In this document: in pieces, positions 50,744-61,816 of the stretch
Position numbering within the stretch: the stretch's first letter is position 1
How the letters are laid out: the number at the start of each line of letters is the position of its first letter
Assembly (NCBI GenBank): GCA_016840405.1
Contig: JAEOSK010000008.1
Location: 28,119-92,118, forward strand
From: Candidatus Hermodarchaeum yapensis
GTDB taxonomy: Archaea; Asgardarchaeota; Hermodarchaeia; Hermodarchaeales; Hermodarchaeaceae
DNA: 64,000 nucleotides
Direction of reading: 5' to 3'
The notes under the pieces: generated by a model
The model's input: only the letters and a program-made list of their open reading frames with translations
Databases searched by the model: none
What the model was told of the DNA's origin: nothing
Position numbers and translations under genes: made by a program

Positions 50744-50959
50744 TCAGAGAAAATTTCTTACTATTTGTAGGCAAATCCGATGAAGTCGTCCGCTAGCCAG
50801 AAGTAGGGTTGTTTGCCGAGGGCTTTTTGACCCGCACTGTTTGCAGACAAGTTTGCCTTTCGGAAAGAGGGAGCGTTCAATCTTGGTATTCACGTAATCT
50901 TTTTGAAGTAGGATTCTTCGTGTTCTTCTACAACGATGACAAGGACTTCCATTTGCCAA
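50744..50959 (-). CDS. Possible small Zn-finger protein or remnant
   Basis: GGAGG then TTG; CHRC and CKQC. Confidence 0.35.
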   Translation of the reverse strand: MANGSPCHRCRRTRRILLQKDYVNTKIERSLFPKGKLVCKQCGSKSPRQTTLLLASGRLHRICLQIVRNFL

Positions 50960-51130
50960 TATGCTCCTCCTCGAGTATTTTTTTAAACACACAGACAAAA
51001 ATATTCGTTAATAAAATTTGAAAGATGACAATGTGATATATGTGGTTAGAAGTGGGGTATGATTTCTGAAAATTTTGTGGGAGTAGAAGGCTTTTTTAGC
51101 AGAAGTGAATCATAATGGTGACCCACTGGA

Positions 51131-52258
51131 GTGTGCCCTAACGTGGTGCTGGAAACAATCGTTACTATTGTTATGATCATAATATTCCCTGGGTTCCTTT
51201 TTCTGATGGGCTATGCGTTTTACCTTGAATGGGTTGATCGCAAATTCTATGCTGATCAACAACATCGCATCGGACCGACCCATACGGGTTGGCGGGGTAT
51301 TTTGCAGCCCTTTGCGGACTTTGTTAAACTCATGGCCAAGGAGGATGTAACCCCTGCGGCTGCTGATAAGGTTGCGTTCACTTTGACACCCATTCTAGCC
51401 TTGGCAATTCCACTCTCTGTGCTCATGCTTGTGCCCATTTCTGGCTTTTCGGGCATCATGTTCTTTGAAGGTGATCTCCTAGTGATCGGTTTCTTCAGCA
51501 CAATGTTCACGTTGATGCTGTTCATGGCAGGGTGGGCTTCATCGAACCGCTTTGGTTATACTGGGGCTGTCCGAGGCATCATTCAGATGCTCGCCTTCGA
51601 AATTCCTTTGCTCCTTGCCCTCTTCGTCGGCGGGATGGTCGCCGGAAGCCTAAGCCTCACGGGCGTTGTCTGGTATCAGGCGAACCTGGGCCTCCCCCTC
51701 ATTCTGAACCCTGCATTCTTCGCTCTATTCATCATCTTTCTATTTGCCGCTCAGGCAGAAGCAGAGCGCATCCCCTTTGACGCCCCCATCGCTGAAACCG
51801 AAATTGTGGGCGGTTGGGAAACTGAATTTTCTGGAAAGAAACTGGCTTTCTTCCGGCTCTCCAACGATTTTGAAGTCCTGCTTGGTGCAGCTCTGGGAGC
51901 GGCAATCTTTCTTGCCGGACCTCTCGGACCTGAAATTTTCTTTGTCTTTCTGAATAATCCATGGGCACACGTAACTATCGCTTCTGGCGAATACTGGGCG
52001 TTCATCTCAGCTTCACCAATCTTTAGTTTCCTAACAATCCCGGCTCTAGCAGCTATCTACTACACCTTCTGGTTTATCTTGAAAACCACGTTTATTGTAC
52101 TCCTCCTCTCGAACATCAAAGCCCTCTTCGCCCGCTATCGCATTGACCAAATTGCCCACATCAGCTGGACCTGGGTCATCCCCATCAGCTTACTCTTGGT
52201 CGGCGTCGTCATCGTCTGGCCATGGATAATGAACTGGTTCCTAATCCTAATCCCCTAA
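51131..52258 (+). CDS. NuoH/HyfC-like hydrogenase membrane subunit
   Basis: DRK..A..Q.R.GP, QPFADFVKL..KE, RIPFD...AE.E. Confidence 0.95.
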   Translation: MCPNVVLETIVTIVMIIIFPGFLFLMGYAFYLEWVDRKFYADQQHRIGPTHTGWRGILQPFADFVKLMAKEDVTPAAADKVAFTLTPILALAIPLSVLMLVPISGFSGIMFFEGDLLVIGFFSTMFTLMLFMAGWASSNRFGYTGAVRGIIQMLAFEIPLLLALFVGGMVAGSLSLTGVVWYQANLGLPLILNPAFFALFIIFLFAAQAEAERIPFDAPIAETEIVGGWETEFSGKKLAFFRLSNDFEVLLGAALGAAIFLAGPLGPEIFFVFLNNPWAHVTIASGEYWAFISASPIFSFLTIPALAAIYYTFWFILKTTFIVLLLSNIKALFARYRIDQIAHISWTWVIPISLLLVGVVIVWPWIMNWFLILIP

Positions 52259-52276
52259 GGAGTGTGAAAAGAAAAT

Positions 52277-52672
52277 ATGCCACGACCTGGAGCAATGGAA
52301 GGCGAAATCCTCGGCACCGTTCTCAGACGGAAAACTGCGACCATCCGCTACCCATTCCAAGAGGCTGTCCGTCCCGAACGCCTCCGCGGCAAAATCGAAC
52401 ACGACATCGAAAAATGCACGGGCTGCGGACTATGCAGCCGCGACTGTCCCGCCACTGCCATCACTATGGTTGAGTCAACCAAGACAAAAACCAAAAAGAA
52501 ACCAGAGTTTCGCTTTGATCGTTGTATATTTTGTGGAACGTGTGAAGCTGTCTGCCCAAAGAAGGCAATTACCATGTCCACCGCGTTCGAGATGGCGGCT
52601 TTCACGCTGGAGGATGAGCATTTGGTTGTGGTGTCGGAGGATCCAGAGCCCTCAGAGAAAGCCGAAGATTAG
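52277..52672 (+). CDS. NuoI-like 2x[4Fe-4S] hydrogenase subunit
   Basis: T..YP, RG, CTGCGLCSRDCP, CIFCGTCEAVCP. Confidence 0.93.
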   Translation: MPRPGAMEGEILGTVLRRKTATIRYPFQEAVRPERLRGKIEHDIEKCTGCGLCSRDCPATAITMVESTKTKTKKKPEFRFDRCIFCGTCEAVCPKKAITMSTAFEMAAFTLEDEHLVVVSEDPEPSEKAED

Positions 52673-52761
52673 CCTTTAACAAGTTCTTTGAATTGCTGGA
52701 TTATTTTATTATCTAGTTGGTTTTGGGTGTAACAGCTTTGGTGGTTTTTGCACTTTCTCGA

Positions 52762-53628
52762 TTAGTGTTGATGTTTGATGCGGGTAATGAGGCGTTCAAC
52801 GGCTTTCTGGAATGCTTGGGCAACAGGAGTTTTTGATTCCGTGACGATAAAGGGTTTTCCTTCGTCGGAGAGGAGCATGACGCGATGATCAAAGGGGAGA
52901 TCACCGAGGAAAAAGAGGTTGAGTTCTTTCGCTGCGTTTTTTCCCCCACCTTTTCCAAAAATGTTTGTAACTTCGCCACAGTGGGGGCAGTGGAAGCCAG
53001 ACATGTTTTCAATGAGTCCTAGAATTGGGACGTTCATTTGCCGCACCATGCTGGCAGCTTTGCGGGAGTCAAGGAGCGCGACTTCTTGGGGAGTGGTCAC
53101 GATGATGACGCCATCAAGGTCAGGGAGCAGTTGCATGATACTGAGGGATTCGTCGCCAGTACCGGGTGGTAGGTCAATGATGAGATAGTCAAGGCTACCC
53201 CAGTTGACTTTAGAAAGAAATTCACTGATAACCCGCATTTTGAGAGGGCCACGCCAAATAACTGGTGTGTCAGCACTTTGGAGAAGGAACTCCATGGAGA
53301 CCGTGAGGATATTGAGGGGTCCAATTACGGGTTCTAGACCTTTGTCACCGCCAACCATGCGAGCGCCTTCTAAGCCTAACATTTTGGGGACGTCGGGTCC
53401 GTGAATATCAGCATCGAGGATGCCGATGGTGTGTCCTTGCCATGCTAGAGATGTGGCGAGATTTATGGCTACAGTAGTTTTACCTACTCCGCCTTTTCCG
53501 GAAAGGATGATGATTTTATGTTTGATGTGACGCATCCGTTCAGCAATTTCTTGTTGCTCACTCGTCTGGGTTCCTACCATGAGGTCTTTCGGGATTTTCT
53601 CCTTTGGTTCAGAAGGATGTTTGGTCAT
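52762..53628 (-). CDS. mrp: Mrp/NBP35 Fe-S cluster carrier ATPase
   Basis: SGKGGVGKT, DADIHGP, WRGP, DLPPGTGD, ENMS, CPHC. Confidence 0.96.
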   Translation of the reverse strand: MTKHPSEPKEKIPKDLMVGTQTSEQQEIAERMRHIKHKIIILSGKGGVGKTTVAINLATSLAWQGHTIGILDADIHGPDVPKMLGLEGARMVGGDKGLEPVIGPLNILTVSMEFLLQSADTPVIWRGPLKMRVISEFLSKVNWGSLDYLIIDLPPGTGDESLSIMQLLPDLDGVIIVTTPQEVALLDSRKAASMVRQMNVPILGLIENMSGFHCPHCGEVTNIFGKGGGKNAAKELNLFFLGDLPFDHRVMLLSDEGKPFIVTESKTPVAQAFQKAVERLITRIKHQH

Positions 53629-53769
53629 CTTACGGCTTCACGCTCTGAGAATCAAAGTGATTTAGGTGCACCTTAATTTGTTACACCTTTAATTTACCGC
53701 ATCCGCCAACGTGGCGTAAGGCTGAAAAAGAACAACCGTTCGTATTGAATACCGACCAGTGATCATGAA

Positions 53770-54477
53770 GTGTTTAGAGTGATGAAGGTAATTGCCCATC
53801 GAGGTAGCGGGGTTGGTTCATTCGAGAACACGTTGTACGGGATGCAGATGGCAATCACATGGGGAGCGGATGGCATTGAATGTGATGTACAGAGTTCCCG
53901 TGATGGAGAGTTGGTTGTATTTCATGATGCCACTTTAGATCGGTTAACAAATGGCAATGGATTAGTGGCTGAGCACACACTGAAAGAATTGAAGCGGCTT
54001 CACGTGGGTCAGGGAGAGCAGATTCCAACTTTAGCAGAAGTGTTAACCTTGTTGAAAGCTCAGCCACAGTTTATCATAAATCTCGATGTTAAAGTGCAAG
54101 GAATTGGAGTTAAGATTCTGAAAGAAATTCGATCTCGAAATCTTCTTGATCGGACCCTAGTTTCATCGTTTGTGCCCCAAGTATTGATGAAATTCCGTGA
54201 ATTAGATGCGGACATTGCAACTGGCTGGATTTATAGTTACAATTATGAGAATCCGGTAAAGGAAGCGAAGAAAATTGGGTGCACGGCGCTTCATCCGAGA
54301 CTGGATTTGGTTTCAGAAGAGTTGCGCCAATCGAGTCGACGACAAGGTTTGATGTTGAATCCATGGAGCATTAATAGTGAGGTGGATATGCGTCGATTTA
54401 TCGAGTTAGGTGTTGATTGGATAATCACAGATAATCCGCGCCGGTTGCTTAGAATCCTTAACCGTACGGGAAGTTGA
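53770..54477 (+). CDS. Glycerophosphodiester phosphodiesterase
   Basis: AHRG, ENT, ECDV, HD, ITD. Confidence 0.95.
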   Translation: MFRVMKVIAHRGSGVGSFENTLYGMQMAITWGADGIECDVQSSRDGELVVFHDATLDRLTNGNGLVAEHTLKELKRLHVGQGEQIPTLAEVLTLLKAQPQFIINLDVKVQGIGVKILKEIRSRNLLDRTLVSSFVPQVLMKFRELDADIATGWIYSYNYENPVKEAKKIGCTALHPRLDLVSEELRQSSRRQGLMLNPWSINSEVDMRRFIELGVDWIITDNPRRLLRILNRTGS

Positions 54478-55547
54478 TGGGTATGCGTGAGTTACTCCGT
54501 GAGCTGGTTTTGGCGGATGCGCCTCCTGGTCGAGAACAAGATGTGCAGGAAATTGTTCTTCGAGAACTTGAACCACTTGTTGATGATATTCGTGTGGACA
54601 TAATGGGTAATGTCATTGCTCAGGTTAATGGTGCTAGTGACAAAACGTTCATGCTCATTGCCCATCAAGATGAAGACTGGGCATTATTGGTAACTCATAT
54701 TGATAAACAGGGGTATCTACGATTTACGCGACTAGTTGGTCATCGATGGAATCTCCTTGGACAGCGGGTGAATATTCATGGAGCGAAAGGGAAGCTAACT
54801 GGTGTGGTGGGCCTTCCTGCACCGCATCTCATCCCTGTGAAGGAACAACAGAAGGGTTATCGTCCCGAGTTTAATCGTATGTTTATTGATTGCGGAGCGA
54901 AAAGTGCAGAGGATGCCCGATTTATGGGGTTTGAAATCGGGCAGTATGTCACTGCGGAGAAGCATTTCAAGGAACTTGCTAATGGTAGATTGCTTGGAAA
55001 TTGTTTTGACAACCGAGTCGGCCTTATTACTATGATTGAGGCATTGCGACGCATTCACCAAAGGAAAGTCGAAATGAATGTTGTTGTGGTGGCTTCGGTT
55101 CAGGAAGAACTTGGTACGCGTGGTGCAAGTCCTGCAGCGTTTTCAGTAGAACCCGATTACGCGATTGCCTTAGATGTTTCTCCAACTGGTGATCATCCAA
55201 ATATTATGGAGGGTCTTGTTCCCGTTCGCTTGGGAGAAGGCCCTGTGCTCCTCATTGCAGATCAATATCACGTTACCTCACAGCAACTCAACACGTGGAT
55301 TCAAGAAGTGGCAAAGACCCATCAGCTACCGCTTCAATCGGTAGCATTACGTAGCCCTATACATTTTGGTACGGATGCGGCGGCTGTTGAATTGACAAAA
55401 TCTGGCAGTCGGGTATCTGCCCTTCTTGTGCCAACCCGGTATTTCCATACAACGAATTCACTGGTTCAATATTCGGACCTTGAAGAAAGTGTCCAGTTAT
55501 TGGTGAAATGCTTGGAATCGCTTGACCAAATTGGGAATAGTGGGTAG
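54474..55547 (+). CDS. M42 family aminopeptidase
   Basis: AHQDE, DNRVG, QEELG.RG, ALD, GTDA, RYFH. Confidence 0.93.
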   Translation: MMGMRELLRELVLADAPPGREQDVQEIVLRELEPLVDDIRVDIMGNVIAQVNGASDKTFMLIAHQDEDWALLVTHIDKQGYLRFTRLVGHRWNLLGQRVNIHGAKGKLTGVVGLPAPHLIPVKEQQKGYRPEFNRMFIDCGAKSAEDARFMGFEIGQYVTAEKHFKELANGRLLGNCFDNRVGLITMIEALRRIHQRKVEMNVVVVASVQEELGTRGASPAAFSVEPDYAIALDVSPTGDHPNIMEGLVPVRLGEGPVLLIADQYHVTSQQLNTWIQEVAKTHQLPLQSVALRSPIHFGTDAAAVELTKSGSRVSALLVPTRYFHTTNSLVQYSDLEESVQLLVKCLESLDQIGNSG

Positions 55548-55569
55548 GTTTCTGATTGTTATGGAGAGG

Positions 55570-56121
55570 TTACTCGATTAAACCAAGGTCTCGCATGTGG
55601 TCTGCAAGTAGGTAGATGGCTTTTCGAGTAATCGTTTCTTTATTTGTTCCAGCGCAGACGATTCGTCCGCTACTAAAGATAAGGAAAACGGCTTTGGGTG
55701 TTTTCATGCGGTAGATGAGACCAGGGAAAACCTCAGGTTCATAGAGACACCGTTCTAAAGCCATTTGTGCCATATCAAGGTCGACACGGCTGTGTAGATC
55801 TCCACTGGCTACAATGTTTTGAATAGTGATTTTGGGGGTCCCGGAGACTGTAATGCCAGCTTTCCGGATTTTCGCAATAACATTTTCAACGGCATTAGCA
55901 GCTTCGCTTTCACGACGTAGACCCGTGATTACCATCCGACCACTATTGAAGACAAGGATCGTAGCCTTCGGGTTTTTGACTCGGAGCATTAATCCTGGGA
56001 ATTGCTCAGGATTATATTCAGCATCTCGTTGTTTTCGGGCAAGAAGATTCAAATCTATTTTCGCATCGACTTCGACGCTAGCAACTACATTTTCAATTTT
56101 ATATTTGGGCCTCTTTGGCAC
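55570..56121 (-). CDS. tbp: TATA-box-binding protein
   Basis: IENVVAS, YNPEQFPGL, IQNIVAS, YEPEVFPGL repeats. Confidence 0.97.
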   Translation of the reverse strand: MPKRPKYKIENVVASVEVDAKIDLNLLARKQRDAEYNPEQFPGLMLRVKNPKATILVFNSGRMVITGLRRESEAANAVENVIAKIRKAGITVSGTPKITIQNIVASGDLHSRVDLDMAQMALERCLYEPEVFPGLIYRMKTPKAVFLIFSSGRIVCAGTNKETITRKAIYLLADHMRDLGLIE

Positions 56122-56232
56122 AAAAACACCTCACAGTCCGGCTGAGTGTGCATTTATAAACTTTTTAAAGCCGCTTTTATAAAGCAGCAGTTGCCCTTAT
56201 AAATTTTTTATACGCTGAATGGTGTCGCCGCA

Positions 56233-56277
56233 CCAAAAAAAGGGGTAAGCGATCCGGCTCTTTACAAGCCGGATTGC
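56233..56277 (-). terminator. Hairpin plus T-tract after cdc48
   Basis: ATCCGGCT/AGCCGGAT stem followed on the - strand by TTTTTTT. Confidence 0.55.
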
Positions 56278-56291
56278 GTGGGATGATGAAT

Positions 56292-58544
<2,253 letters not shown>

Positions 58545-58967
58545 TTAGTCTATTTCCTCCATAATTTCTGATAATCTTTTGCGAACAGATTGGAACTCGG
58601 CAGCCATCATCTGGAAGAGTGCATCATATGTGCTGAAGTAATGGTCGATCATTGCACTCAGGAGTTGATCCCCTTCAGATGTTAGGCGATAGTAGCGGCG
58701 CATCGGTCCGCGCCCCTGACTGCGAACCTTCACATCCCCTTTGATCCAGCCCTTCTCAGCAAGACGATTCAGCAAGGGATAGATGGTTCCTGGTTCCATT
58801 TGAATCCGACCGTCCGACATTTCATCAATTAGTTGTACAACACGAGCACCGTAAAGACTTTCTTGATGTAGTAGGTTGAGTACCCAAAACTCAAGAATAC
58901 CACGGTTTATTTCGCGAGTCCATTCGCGAAGTTTCGAGTCTGTTTTGTCGGTGGGTATTTCGGTCAT
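58545..58967 (-). CDS. PadR family regulator, coupled to cdc48
   Basis: RG.LE..VL.LL....YG, GTIYPLL.RL...G, RRYY.LT..G. Confidence 0.93.
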   Translation of the reverse strand: MTEIPTDKTDSKLREWTREINRGILEFWVLNLLHQESLYGARVVQLIDEMSDGRIQMEPGTIYPLLNRLAEKGWIKGDVKVRSQGRGPMRRYYRLTSEGDQLLSAMIDHYFSTYDALFQMMAAEFQSVRKRLSEIMEEID

Positions 58968-58982
58968 GTTCTATTCTCCAAT

Positions 58983-59036
58983 TATATAGCGTGACTATAT
59001 ATAGTCTGACAAAGCAGTAATACTATCCTATATAAA
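58983..59036 (-). promoter_or_regulatory. padR-cdc48 promoter with overlapping palindromic operator
   Basis: TATATAG-N5-CTATATA (58983-59001) and GACTATATATAGTC (58993-59006) lie downstream of TTTATATA (59036-59029). Confidence 0.6.
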
Positions 59037-59123
59037 CCTATCCCATTTTTATCAGAAAAAATTAGTTCCCCACGAAAAAGTCCATCAACTGGAGCGTATA
59101 CTTACATCCGATGCAGAAAGACT

Positions 59124-59593
59124 ATGAACTGCCCCTGCCTGCAAGCAGGAGCTTCCATCGAGTCCACTCCCCAGGGAATCTAGGGAGAGCTGTGTGTCGA
59201 TGCAAGCCACGCCAAAATGCTTGGACTGGCTCCCCGTTCACAGGGGGTTGCTGCAATAGGAACTACACCAACAGGGTGACCGCGGCCTTCGGATCCCTGT
59301 CCAAGGGGGGTTCCACGATTGCATTGAATAACCCGCTTCGATAACCGGCGAATCCTTAGTGCTCCACTTACACATCAGCTCGTGGTTTTTTATGTCTCGT
59401 CATTTCTTATTTTGTTTTTCCCTAGTTTTTTTGCTTTATAGGGTAAGAATTGGGCGAGATGCAGATGTTGCGGGTCAGCATCCACGGGTTCATGATACTG
59501 CAGGGAGGGGCGCAGAAGTTTATCAGCCTGTGGGAGGGGTGGGGATAACTGACGGGGCGATTCATCCCCGCCGTGAAAGACGGGGACGTCACG
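59124..59593 (-). mobile_element. Internally deleted IS200/IS605 element with tnpB 3' remnant and omegaRNA (E3)
   Basis: Left-end hairpin CCCCGTCTTTCACGGCGGGGATGAATCGC; frameshifted ADV-GALRIRR (TnpB ADxNGAxNI-like); right end GGAAGCTCCTGCTTGCAGGCAGGGGCAGTTCA. Confidence 0.78.
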
Positions 59594-59666
59594 ATAAAAA
59601 AGGTTAAAAGCTGCACTTGACATTGGCACAGCACCCCATGACCTGAATGAATAAGGTGAGCTTCGA

Positions 59667-60518
59667 GTGAAACGGACCTATGGCATTTGTGTCCTATTGA
59701 TTGCGGTGTTTCTCTTAACGTCAGTTATTAGTTTCACAACTGTTTCACCTGTTTTTGCACTACAGAATCCGATTGAAGTGACGGATGTTGTGGTCCCCGA
59801 TGAAGTTGCCCAAGCCGCCCACGGTCAAGTGCAAGCAATTGTCCACAATCGAGAAAACATTACTTTAGACGGCTGGGCGAGATTCTCGGATGATTTTGGA
59901 GAAATCATCAGTGAGGATCCTTCAGATCCCTATGATGAGTTTCTTAATTTCACAATAAGTCCATTTGAAGACTTGCCTATTGTACTTGGCTATTCGGTTG
60001 CGGACAACGCTACCATTGGGACTCACATCGCTACATTCGAGGTGAATGTAGGCACATTTTCATTTCTTTTTGAACAGTACGAGATTTCAGTTGTCTCAGC
60101 AGTTAGAATACTCTCAATTGTTCCAGGACAGGTTTCCCAACAAAACCAGCCAGGTTCACTTGTGGTATTCCTTGAAAATCGTGTAATACAAACCGTTACT
60201 GTTCGGTTAGAGGCTTCTGGACCCAAATTCACGAACAGTTCCGAAGAATATGTACTCTCATCCGGACAGAACACCGTTGTACTTCCCCTCATGAATAATA
60301 TGAGTCACGTCTACGATTTTGGGATGTTTCTTGTCAATGTCTCACTGTATTATTTAGATGAGCAAGTGGACAGCCAGGAAATTTTAGTTCCGGTGGATAT
60401 GACTTTCATTAACAAGCTGTTAGCTGTGATCTTACCGGTGGTTATATTCACCCTAATTGTGGTCTTCTATGCTTACCGAAAGCGACGAAGAATGCGGATG
60501 GCTGCTTCAAGCGAATAG
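59667..60518 (+). CDS. Secreted, C-terminally anchored beta-rich surface protein
   Basis: Signal peptide; sequons NIT, NFT, NAT, NSS, NMS, NVS; C-terminal TM plus RKRRR. Confidence 0.8.
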   Translation: MKRTYGICVLLIAVFLLTSVISFTTVSPVFALQNPIEVTDVVVPDEVAQAAHGQVQAIVHNRENITLDGWARFSDDFGEIISEDPSDPYDEFLNFTISPFEDLPIVLGYSVADNATIGTHIATFEVNVGTFSFLFEQYEISVVSAVRILSIVPGQVSQQNQPGSLVVFLENRVIQTVTVRLEASGPKFTNSSEEYVLSSGQNTVVLPLMNNMSHVYDFGMFLVNVSLYYLDEQVDSQEILVPVDMTFINKLLAVILPVVIFTLIVVFYAYRKRRRMRMAASSE

Positions 60519-60547
60519 CGTTAAGAGGAAGATAACCCCTCACTACT

Positions 60548-61207
60548 ATGCTATTCGTCAAAAGTGATGAACCTATGACTCAGGCGTCTGATAGGTGGGA
60601 GAAGCTTCGACAAGAGATTCTTGTTTGCCAAAGATGCCCTCTTGCTCAATCACGAACTCAAGCAGTCCCAGGAGTGGGTCCACCCACTGCGCGTCTTGTA
60701 ATAATTGGAGAAGCTCCAGGTTACAGGGAGGATGTCCAAGGAGAGCCCTTTGTTGGCTCTGCAGGTAAACTTCTAACTAAACTGCTTGAACAGGCTGGGA
60801 TTAAACGTGAATCGGTCTTCATCACAAATGTCGTTAAATGTCGTCCACCTGAAAACCGCCAACCTACTCAAAGTGAACGAAAGTCGTGTCACTCGTATCT
60901 AATTCGACAATTAGAACATATCCAACCAAAAGTCATTGCCCTTGTGGGTCGAGTGCCAACCGAAACCCTACTTGAAACACGGGGCAGTATGGGAGCATTA
61001 CATGGGAAAAGCTTTGAACGGAACGGGCGCACCTTTTTCGTTATGTACCATCCTGCTGCTGGCCTTTACAATCAGACTCTGGTTCCTATCATGGAAGAAG
61101 ACATGCGTAAACTGAAAAAACTCCTTGAGAAGACAGCGGATTCCGGAGATCAACAGGAGGAAGGTCAACTTCCCTTGAGTGACTTTTTTTCAAACCAAAA
61201 GAAATGA
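60548..61207 (+). CDS. udg: Family 4 uracil-DNA glycosylase with C-terminal PIP box
   Basis: CQRC, GEAPG, PFVG, NVVKCRPP.NR, HPAA, QLPLSDFF. Confidence 0.96.
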   Translation: MLFVKSDEPMTQASDRWEKLRQEILVCQRCPLAQSRTQAVPGVGPPTARLVIIGEAPGYREDVQGEPFVGSAGKLLTKLLEQAGIKRESVFITNVVKCRPPENRQPTQSERKSCHSYLIRQLEHIQPKVIALVGRVPTETLLETRGSMGALHGKSFERNGRTFFVMYHPAAGLYNQTLVPIMEEDMRKLKKLLEKTADSGDQQEEGQLPLSDFFSNQKK

Positions 61208-61225
61208 AATGCCCGGGATCAGTTA

Positions 61226-61690
61226 TTATTTTTCATCTTCAAGTGATGCTTCAAGGGCAGCTCGCCGACGGGCGAGAAAAGACTGTAATTCGCCTTGCAT
61301 TTGGGCTCGGATACCCATTCCACCTGTTGCTGCCATTGGTGATGTGGGAGTTTGTGGGGGAGGTGCAGCCATACCAGGAGCAGTAGGAGGAGCACTTAGA
61401 CTTGGAGGTGGTGTAATTCCAGGACTGGGCGGAGCAGAAGCCTGTGGAGTATGAGCATCGGCGATAGTAGCGGGAGCAGAAGGAGCACGGGTTCCACCCA
61501 TTTTGAGTACCGTATCGACTTGGGTTTCCAACGTGGATAGTCGTGTGCGTACTTCATTAAGCTGTTTTTCGAGAGAACCGACACCATTAAGGAATATCGT
61601 TGCTACCCGTTCGAGAACTTGGGCGAGTTCTTCGATTTTTTTGGCAGCATCCTTTTCTTCCGCTATGAAATCAAAACCACCGAGTGCCAT
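61226..61690 (-). CDS. Coiled-coil / proline-rich / LARRR-helix protein (WAVE/WASH/VASP-like architecture)
   Basis: SD-like AGGTGA upstream. Heptad region, Pro-rich linker, then MQGELQSFLARRRAALEASLEDEK. Confidence 0.7.
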   Translation of the reverse strand: MALGGFDFIAEEKDAAKKIEELAQVLERVATIFLNGVGSLEKQLNEVRTRLSTLETQVDTVLKMGGTRAPSAPATIADAHTPQASAPPSPGITPPPSLSAPPTAPGMAAPPPQTPTSPMAATGGMGIRAQMQGELQSFLARRRAALEASLEDEK

Positions 61691-61816
61691 TCTCTATCGA
61701 ACTCACCTTAGATACATTGGTTTAAAACCTTGTGGGCTGAGTGGCTGCCCCTAGCAGTTTTTACGGAAAACCAATGTTAAATCTCTTCTTGTTACATTAT
61801 CAGATAGGAACACACG

